Assembly (NCBI GenBank): GCA_964236955.1
Contig: CAXSGP010000123.1
Coordinates: 1-12,207, forward strand
Direction: 5' to 3'
Source of the DNA: an uncultured Oligoflexus sp.
GTDB taxonomy: Bacteria; Bdellovibrionota_B; Oligoflexia; Oligoflexales; Oligoflexaceae
DNA: 12,207 bases
Every line of letters starts with the position of its first letter. The stretch's first letter is position 1. Both the position numbers and the translations under genes were made by a program. Of this stretch, positions 5,939 to 12,207 are shown in pieces. The notes beneath the pieces were generated by a model. The model saw only the letters and a program-made list of their open reading frames with translations. It ran no database searches and was not told where the DNA came from.

Positions 5939-8665
5939 CTAAGCTGAGATTGGTAGGCTCTGCTGGAAAATGCATTCTGGCGGAAACCCGATTACGATTT
6001 TGAAGGGCCGCCTGCCATTCTCAAGTTTTGGCCTGGTAAACACAATCGAAATACTGCCACCCTGTTTAATCACGAGATCCTTGATGATATCCATCCCCAC
6101 GCCACGACCTGATATGTGGGTTATCGCCTCCGCAGTTGAAATCCCGGTTTGAAAGATGATCTCAGCGATAGCTTCGTCGCTCTGCAGGGGATTCGCGCAC
6201 TTTTTGGCAAGAGCGGCGATATTAAGGCCGGCGCCATCATCGCAGATTTCCAGAATTAATCCCTTTTGAGTTACACTGGCATCGATTTTGACTGTAATCG
6301 TGCCCATAGAATCCTTGCCGTCCCGTTCGCGGGCGTCCGATTTTTCTATGCCATGATCAATGGAGTTACGCAGGATTTGTACGAAAATATTTCTTATCAA
6401 CGATTCCATTTCCGCATTCAGGCGGATCCCGTGGCCATCGAATACGATTTTCGGCGGGAGTTTCGCGAGATCCACGGCCAATTTACTTTGATGGTCGAGA
6501 ACCGGAAGAAGCATCTCCTCCAGGGTCGGATAGAATCGCTTAACACGCTGAGCTTCCGCTAAAGCGAAAAACTTCTTCATCACCTCCATCTCGTTCGCGG
6601 ATTCCTGATGCAGCGTGTTGAGAGTTGTGATGAGGTCATCCTGCTGATGCAGGGGAGCGACCTTCATAAAGCTGGCAATAACGGCGTCATACTCTTCGTG
6701 AACACCCTGAAGAAGCTGAAGGTCCGACCGTAGCTTTAGGGGATCCGGTATCGTTACCTTGGCGTTTCTGATGGCAGTGAAGTAATTTTCAACTTCATGG
6801 GCCACGTCTGCAATGAAGAGAAACCCATAGGTCCTGGCCGTGCCTTTGATCGTATGGATATTTCTAAACATTAAGGCCACGTCCAGCTTCATGGACACAT
6901 TGAATTCATCAATTTGTGCTAGATTTTGCCTAATCAGATCGGTAACATTCTTGGAGAAATTTTCATAAGTCGGCAGCGAGACTGCAAAGATCTGACCGGC
7001 GATTTTCAAGTTTCTTTGGGTCTTTTCCGCTTCCTCCTGCAATTTTCGAAGATGGCTGGCATCGCGCAGGACGACCATTATCTTTTCACAGAGAAGGTCC
7101 TTATTGAGCAAAGGCTGCCACTCCACCTCCAGAATCTGGGTGCCGTTGATGCTCTGCCTGAAAATTTCGTGCGGCAGGAGGTGGCTGTTCAGTTCATAGG
7201 CGATCTGATCCTGGCCAATGCTTGCCGCGGCCGCATTCTTCATTTGATCCACCGCGTCTGTGGCAACATCACCCTCACTGAATAAGAGGGTAAATGCATC
7301 TTGGTCCGCTAAATCGTCCCGGCCTAAGATTATCTTGAGGTGATCCGAGTATTCACCACTGATCTTTCCATACTGGTTGATCGAAAAAATCCCCTGATTA
7401 AGGCTCTTAAACATAAAGGAAAGATCCCTACCCAATTCGGCATTTTTCTGACTTATGGCAATATTTGCCGCCTTCATAGCGGTCATATACTTATCGCCAA
7501 GGCCAAAGGACATCAAAAGAGCCTCGACTGCACCCGTGACCCATGGTGCGAGGTACGTCTGCATACTCGAGGTAACGGGCCCATAAGTTGCCAGCACGAC
7601 CACACACACTCCTGTCAGGTAGATGATCGCGGCGGGTACAAAGAAGTAAGCTGGACGATGCCTTTTGAAGCACATGTAGATGCCTATCAATATCAAGGAG
7701 ATACTGGACAGGGGATTGATGATACGCATCAGTGCATCGGGTTGAACGTTCGAATCGACCCAAGGCAGTATACCGGCCAGTAGAAAGCCGCCTCCTAGAA
7801 AATAGACGTATGCATTCAAAAGTTTTTTGTTAAAGAAGAGTTCCAACGATAGGAATTTTTTCGAAACGATTAGCCATGAAAAACCGGTCAAAACCGTCAG
7901 GGTAACGCATACGCTGTGCCGCATAATGATGAGGTCGGGCAGGAAATATTTGAGAATAATATTATGCATGATGAAAGCCAATGTGCTTTTCACCAGGCAG
8001 CTCATGGAATAGTATAAATAGGCGATATCAAGGGTCCGGATAAACAAAAAGAAATTGAAGAGCCCAAGGCTGAATACCACCGTCGCGCTTAAAACCAAGA
8101 ATAACTCAAACATACTGCTGCTTTGGCTCACGAGATTCTTGGAACCAACGTATAAATAAAAACTGGGGCCTTCGTTCTGGATGACCAGCTTCGACCTTCC
8201 CGGGGGCACAATGACTTCAAAAGTGGGATGTAAAAAGGTTAAGGTCCAGCTGCTGAAGCGGGTTTTCCAACCTGCTTCGAAGGATTGTTGCATCCCCCCA
8301 TCCTGCCCAGGATAAAGATTCATTCTAATATGAGAGGCCACATCAAATTGAAAGTAGACCCGAACCTCATTTTGGCTCTTATTTTCTAAAATGCCTTGAA
8401 ACCATTGGATGCCTTTGAGGCTATTGAGCGACTGACGTTCGATCATGCGGAAGGGAGCGGGTGCGGAGTCGAGTGTCTCGAAAGTCAAATTCCCTTGGGA
8501 ATCGTCCAAAACTTCTAGTTTTGCTGTGTCATTTCTTATTTCCATATTTTGGGTAACGGAAATAATTGCACCTTCGGCCCTTAGCTCCGATCCATGAGAG
8601 CTTACGGCTAAGATAGTCGTCATCAGGGAAAACATATAGGTTCTAAAATGCCTTATCGGCTGCAT
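5939..8665 (-). CDS. Membrane-bound CheA-like histidine kinase: extracellular DISMED2-like domain, 7TM (7TMR-DISM-like), PAS-like, Hpt, HATPase
   Basis: 908 aa. Signal-like N-terminus. About seven hydrophobic segments beginning with FSLGLFNFFLFIRTLDIAYLYYS. Hpt motif LMFRNIHTIKG. CheA-type ATPase motifs LRNSIDHGIE, DDGAG, IFQTGIST and SGRGVGMD. GAGG lies upstream of ATG 8665. An alternative start at MFSLM is possible. Confidence 0.88.
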   Translation of the reverse strand: MQPIRHFRTYMFSLMTTILAVSSHGSELRAEGAIISVTQNMEIRNDTAKLEVLDDSQGNLTFETLDSAPAPFRMIERQSLNSLKGIQWFQGILENKSQNEVRVYFQFDVASHIRMNLYPGQDGGMQQSFEAGWKTRFSSWTLTFLHPTFEVIVPPGRSKLVIQNEGPSFYLYVGSKNLVSQSSSMFELFLVLSATVVFSLGLFNFFLFIRTLDIAYLYYSMSCLVKSTLAFIMHNIILKYFLPDLIIMRHSVCVTLTVLTGFSWLIVSKKFLSLELFFNKKLLNAYVYFLGGGFLLAGILPWVDSNVQPDALMRIINPLSSISLILIGIYMCFKRHRPAYFFVPAAIIYLTGVCVVVLATYGPVTSSMQTYLAPWVTGAVEALLMSFGLGDKYMTAMKAANIAISQKNAELGRDLSFMFKSLNQGIFSINQYGKISGEYSDHLKIILGRDDLADQDAFTLLFSEGDVATDAVDQMKNAAAASIGQDQIAYELNSHLLPHEIFRQSINGTQILEVEWQPLLNKDLLCEKIMVVLRDASHLRKLQEEAEKTQRNLKIAGQIFAVSLPTYENFSKNVTDLIRQNLAQIDEFNVSMKLDVALMFRNIHTIKGTARTYGFLFIADVAHEVENYFTAIRNAKVTIPDPLKLRSDLQLLQGVHEEYDAVIASFMKVAPLHQQDDLITTLNTLHQESANEMEVMKKFFALAEAQRVKRFYPTLEEMLLPVLDHQSKLAVDLAKLPPKIVFDGHGIRLNAEMESLIRNIFVQILRNSIDHGIEKSDARERDGKDSMGTITVKIDASVTQKGLILEICDDGAGLNIAALAKKCANPLQSDEAIAEIIFQTGISTAEAITHISGRGVGMDIIKDLVIKQGGSISIVFTRPKLENGRRPFKIVIGFPPECIFQQSLPISA

Positions 8666-9092
8666 ATCCGCGACCTCTTCTCAGCTGCATTGATAAAGCG
8701 CTTGTATCTATATCTTAATTGACGAAAATCTGCCCCAACGAAAGGCCTGCCAATCTATAAGTGTGACTCAAGGCTTTAGATGGGATTATACCATTCTAAA
8801 CCGAAATTGTTAAGATTGCGGCGTTTAAGTATCAAATGGGGCAAATGCCCTGCTCTGCAATAATTTTACAGCTGCTGCCAGGAATAAATGGATTGGTCCC
8901 GGCTGCCCACCCATTGCCTGACTATTTTATGCGATTTTACGATGCGTTTACTCCTCATCCTCAAAAGGTAAAAGAGTTCCAGGCGTTCGAACCGAGGCGG
9001 CCCCTTAGCAATTCGAAGGCGCGGTTAAGGACTCATTCCGGGTCAGTTTTACTTCCGAGGGTCTACTTCCAATCGTCAGCGCTTTCCCTAGC

Positions 9093-9524
9093 TCAAGTCC
9101 ATTTCGACTTTGAACGGGCTGCCAGGTAAGTCCCCAGTCCAACGAAGGACATTGCGATTATATCCACAACCAACTGGGGTGGAATACCAAAGAGTCTATG
9201 AGCGGCATCATCGAATTCAGGATCCATGAAAGCTGTATTTGGATAGAGAATCGCTAACGCCTGCGTAAGCCAGTAAATACTGGAGAAAGCGAAAACTACC
9301 GCAATCGATTGAGCTTTATCTTTGCTTTTGGATGATGCGAAATAGACGGTTAGAATGCTGAGGAGAATGGAGAATGCCAGAGTCTGGCCTGTATGAAATT
9401 TAGCGTGGGGTGGCCATCGGGGATTCAACAGATGGGTCGAACTCCAGTCAGCGATATGAGACCCAAGAACTAAATAAATCGAAACAAAATAGAAAATGAG
9501 TCGGCTTGCAATGGGCATTTTCAT
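9093..9524 (-). CDS. Small four-TM membrane protein, DUF6640-like
   Basis: 143 aa with four hydrophobic stretches and the motif ADWSSTHLLNPRWPPHAKFHTGQT, recalled from the DUF6640 family. Confidence 0.75.
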   Translation of the reverse strand: MKMPIASRLIFYFVSIYLVLGSHIADWSSTHLLNPRWPPHAKFHTGQTLAFSILLSILTVYFASSKSKDKAQSIAVVFAFSSIYWLTQALAILYPNTAFMDPEFDDAAHRLFGIPPQLVVDIIAMSFVGLGTYLAARSKSKWT

Positions 9525-9959
9525 CGTTGATAACTTCTTATATTTGGAAAATTCCTGAATACCGGGCGCGTCACTGTCTATTGATTGAAAGCATCCTGAC
9601 TTCTGTAGCGGATCGTTCCTCGACTTTCAATCGATTTAACCTACTCCTTCCCTATTCTCTCACATTGCCGTTCCTGAAGACTAACGTGAAGGCTTTTTTT
9701 TCATGAATTTCCTATAGACGGGAGCCAGAGGCCACTTCCGGGCTACTTGTCAGAGGACCCAACCCAAGGGCCCGCTTCCACCAGGAGATAAAATATCACG
9801 CGAATCGGGTGCTGGACAGCCCCTTGGCAGCGCTGGCACAAACACTCCAAAATTCTTGGAGGCCGCGGTTAGAGGAGTCCTTAACGGCGAGACCTCTGAA
9901 CGTCCAGCCGATCAAACCGCCACTTGAGTTTAAATATTTAGAGTTATCTCATAAATATA

Positions 9960-9988
9960 TTGACTATAAAATAATATTGAGTTAAATT
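9960..9988 (+). promoter_or_regulatory. sigma70-type promoter of the TetR gene
   Basis: TTGACT(9960-65)-N17-TAAATT(9983-88) in an AT-rich tract, 34 nt upstream of the ATG at 10023. Confidence 0.6.
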
Positions 9989-10022
9989 TTAGATAGACTC
10001 TATATTGCGCGGAAGGTATCGA

Positions 10023-10574
10023 ATGGGATTGCGTGAATTTAAAAAAGATCGAACCAGGAGATGTATCGCGGAAATGGGAAAGCGGCTTTTCCTAGAGCAC
10101 GGTTATGCAAAAGTGACAGTAGCCGACGTTGCGCAGGCGGCGGAAATTTCTGTTACAACCGTCTTTAATTACTTTCCCACGAAAGAATCGATCCTCTTTG
10201 ATCGGGAGCCGGAGATTAGTGAAAGCCTTATCAAGGCCGTTAAAAATAGAAAAATTGGTGTGTCAGTCATCGATTCGCTGAGAATATTTTTCTTGAAAAG
10301 CCCGCATATAAATGGACCGAAAAAAGACCTGGCTGAATTTTTAGGAATCGTTAGGTCAGCGCCTGAATTAATGTCTTATTACCGTTCCATGTGGAACCGT
10401 TATGAAAAAGATCTGGCTCGCGAGATCCATCAAGAATCTAAAGTCGACAAAATGGAAGCGAATGCTGTCGCCCGCCTTTTACTTGAGGGGGTAAGTTTTG
10501 CAGGGAATTCAACAAATCCACAAGAATCCCTGAATTTAATGTTTCAATTGATTAAAAACGGCTGGGATAGATAA
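10023..10574 (+). CDS. TetR/AcrR family transcriptional regulator
   Basis: MGLREFKKDRTRRCI...LFLEHGYAKVTVADVAQAAEISVTTVFNYFPTKESIL is a canonical TetR HTH. GGAAGG RBS at 10011-16 favours ATG 10023 over TTG 10005. Confidence 0.93.
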   Translation: MGLREFKKDRTRRCIAEMGKRLFLEHGYAKVTVADVAQAAEISVTTVFNYFPTKESILFDREPEISESLIKAVKNRKIGVSVIDSLRIFFLKSPHINGPKKDLAEFLGIVRSAPELMSYYRSMWNRYEKDLAREIHQESKVDKMEANAVARLLLEGVSFAGNSTNPQESLNLMFQLIKNGWDR

Positions 10575-10641
10575 ACTGTTATCTGCCTTTGTCGAAAATT
10601 CGTCTTAGCACCTAACAGCTCAAACCGGAAAAGGATTGAAA

Positions 10642-11895
10642 ATGATTATTAGAAACGTGACTGTTATCGACGGTTCGGGACATTCACCGCAGCCTGGAAT
10701 GGAGATCCTGATAAAAGGCGACAAAATCGCGGAAGTTCGCAAAACAACCGTGCAGAATGATCCAGAAATTATTGATGGTAAAGGTGGATTTCTTATTCCG
10801 GGGCTGTGGGAAGCCCACACCCATCTCCATATACACGGGCATTTCAGTAAAAATGAAGAAGTCGATATTCTCGAAAAAAGACTTCAAAGCTACCTTCGTT
10901 CAGGGATAACAACCGTTGTTGATCTGGGAGGTTCCCTGGAAACTCTCTCGGCAGTCAGAAACCGTCTTGCCATCGCTCCCAGCCAATCCTCGAATCTCTA
11001 CTATGCCGGTCCAGTCTTCACGGGTATCAACGGTTGGCCGCTGTGTTTTCACCATGATCATTCAAAAGCGCTGGAACCCAAGTCGGCAGTTGCGGCAAGG
11101 GACATGGTCCTCGATCTCAAGGGTAAAACCAATTTTATCAAATGTATATACGACGGCGTCGTCGAAATAGATGATAAGCTGCCAAAAGACGTGCTCAATG
11201 CTATTGTGAAAACGGCCCATGAAATTGGCGTTCGTGCCATCGTTCACGTTAAGTCTAAAAACGATATTGTAGACGCGATTGAAGCGGGAGCGGACTGTAT
11301 TGAACACTCCTTCATACCTAAAAATTTCGATGACATGAGCGAAGCAGAATCCGCGGCTTCACTTTTGGCGAAAAGTAAAACTTACTATTGTCCCACGCTT
11401 GCCGTTTGGGAGCAGATAGGCCGATCCGGTGACCTCACTTATCTAGAGGAACTTAAAAGCGCAAAAATTATTACAGAGGCGGAAAGCGCGGCGATTAAAA
11501 TTGATCCCCTGTTCGGACGATCCTTCCCTCGTCATTCCTCGGAAGAGTGTCAAAAGCGATTCGAGTATGGATTGAAGTCGATCCCGATCATGAGAGCTGC
11601 GGGCGTAAAAATTGTGGCTGGAAGTGATATTGCATTAACAATGCCGCCTCCCCGTGCGCTTCTGCGTGAATTGCAGCTCCTGTCAAAAGCAGGTTTGTCC
11701 AATCATGAGGTCTTATTAGCTGCAACCCGTTATGCAGCGGAGAGAACCGGCGTAGGATCAGGAACGATTGCGCCAGGAGCGAGTGCAGATGCCGTCCTGC
11801 TGAGCGTCGATCCGCTGATTGATCTGCAAGTCTTGGTTGATTCTCAGTTTCACCTGGGAATCATGCGTGCGGGAAAATTTCACACCCAATACTAA
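10642..11895 (+). CDS. Metal-dependent amidohydrolase superfamily protein
   Basis: IIRNVTVIDG N-terminus, IPGLWEAHTH (HxH), SGITTVVDLG, FIKC (candidate bridging Lys), IVHV, IEHS, AGSD and GTIAPGASADAVLL. AAGGA at 10631-35 favours ATG 10642. Confidence 0.92.
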   Translation: MIIRNVTVIDGSGHSPQPGMEILIKGDKIAEVRKTTVQNDPEIIDGKGGFLIPGLWEAHTHLHIHGHFSKNEEVDILEKRLQSYLRSGITTVVDLGGSLETLSAVRNRLAIAPSQSSNLYYAGPVFTGINGWPLCFHHDHSKALEPKSAVAARDMVLDLKGKTNFIKCIYDGVVEIDDKLPKDVLNAIVKTAHEIGVRAIVHVKSKNDIVDAIEAGADCIEHSFIPKNFDDMSEAESAASLLAKSKTYYCPTLAVWEQIGRSGDLTYLEELKSAKIITEAESAAIKIDPLFGRSFPRHSSEECQKRFEYGLKSIPIMRAAGVKIVAGSDIALTMPPPRALLRELQLLSKAGLSNHEVLLAATRYAAERTGVGSGTIAPGASADAVLLSVDPLIDLQVLVDSQFHLGIMRAGKFHTQY

Positions 11896-12016
11896 TGACC
11901 TGCCGGCAGTAGCTACGCATTTTGTCCCGTATCGACCGCTCTAAGATTTTGGCCGATACCATTTAACCCGGCCTGACCAAGAGGGCTGAAGCGTGGTCCG
12001 GCATGGCCTGCATGAA

Positions 12017-12034
12017 GCCTGGCTGGAGCCAGGC
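12017..12034. repeat. GC-rich hairpin downstream of the amidohydrolase gene
   Basis: GCCTGGC-TGGA-GCCAGGC, extendable by GGCCT(12005-09)/AGGCC(12036-40). No U-tract on the + strand. Confidence 0.4.
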
Positions 12035-12149
12035 AAGGCCTATTCGAGATCGGGGTCCGGGCCAGAACGCGGCAGTTTTATCTCAAAATAAGCAAATGAC
12101 TTCACTTAGGCCAACTGTCTTCCGTTCCAAAAGTATTTTAAGATCATAC

Positions 12150-12207
12150 TAGAGGCTGTTGACGTTTGGCTACGCCAACGTCGAACATCCCCAGTAACGC
12201 AGTTGAT
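12150..12207. mobile_element. IS/MITE-like terminal inverted repeat matching the one at 34-52
   Basis: (C)TA-GAGGCTGTTGACGTTTG is 18/19 identical to the reverse complement of 34-52. A degenerate inverted copy follows immediately at 12174-12192. Confidence 0.55.

Noticed and set aside
8653..8660. Perfect GCCGATAA sigma28 -10 box on the minus strand
   Set aside because: It lies within the first codons of the kinase ORF and the -35 position reads AAGAGGTC, which fits better as the RBS. It would matter only if the true start is the downstream MFSLM.
8836..9129. 97-aa plus-strand ORF
   Set aside because: Overlaps the end of the DUF6640-like gene on the opposite strand, with no RBS or motif.
9721..9745. 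GAGCCAGAGGCCACT resembling cobalamin riboswitch fragments
   Set aside because: The order is wrong and the other conserved elements (AGGGAA, B12 box) are absent.
135..11307. Remaining short ORFs in the track (e.g. 598-1173, 2667-3158, 3495-4070, 5326-5874, 7340-7783)
   Set aside because: Antisense or out-of-frame shadows of well-supported CDSs with no recognisable motifs.
1..12207. CRISPR array, tRNA, rRNA, transposase or integrase gene
   Set aside because: No regularly spaced direct repeats, cloverleaf or rRNA signatures, or recombinase motifs were seen by eye.

Overview
Bacterial DNA with eight well-supported CDSs. (1) A tightly coupled three-gene operon at 142-3911 encodes a Sec-exported protein with one CxxCH motif and DUF1588/DUF1585-like motifs, a lipoprotein, and a Tat-exported DUF1501-like protein. 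It is preceded by a near-consensus sigma28/FliA-type promoter. (2) A lipoprotein astacin-like metzincin with a C-terminal ricin-B lectin domain. (3) A convergent orphan membrane kinase with 7TMR-DISM-like input fused to a CheA-type Hpt/HATPase core and no CheW domain. (4) A DUF6640-like membrane protein divergent from a TetR regulator plus amidohydrolase. Both ends of the window carry the same ~17-bp IS-type terminal inverted repeat next to TA (18/19 identical including the TA), so the 12.1 kb block lies between two related mobile-element ends. The gene set is suggestive of Bdellovibrionota/Oligoflexia, but that is inference only. All family names come from recalled motifs, not database searches. 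The best candidate for an uncharacterised system is the three-gene exported operon.
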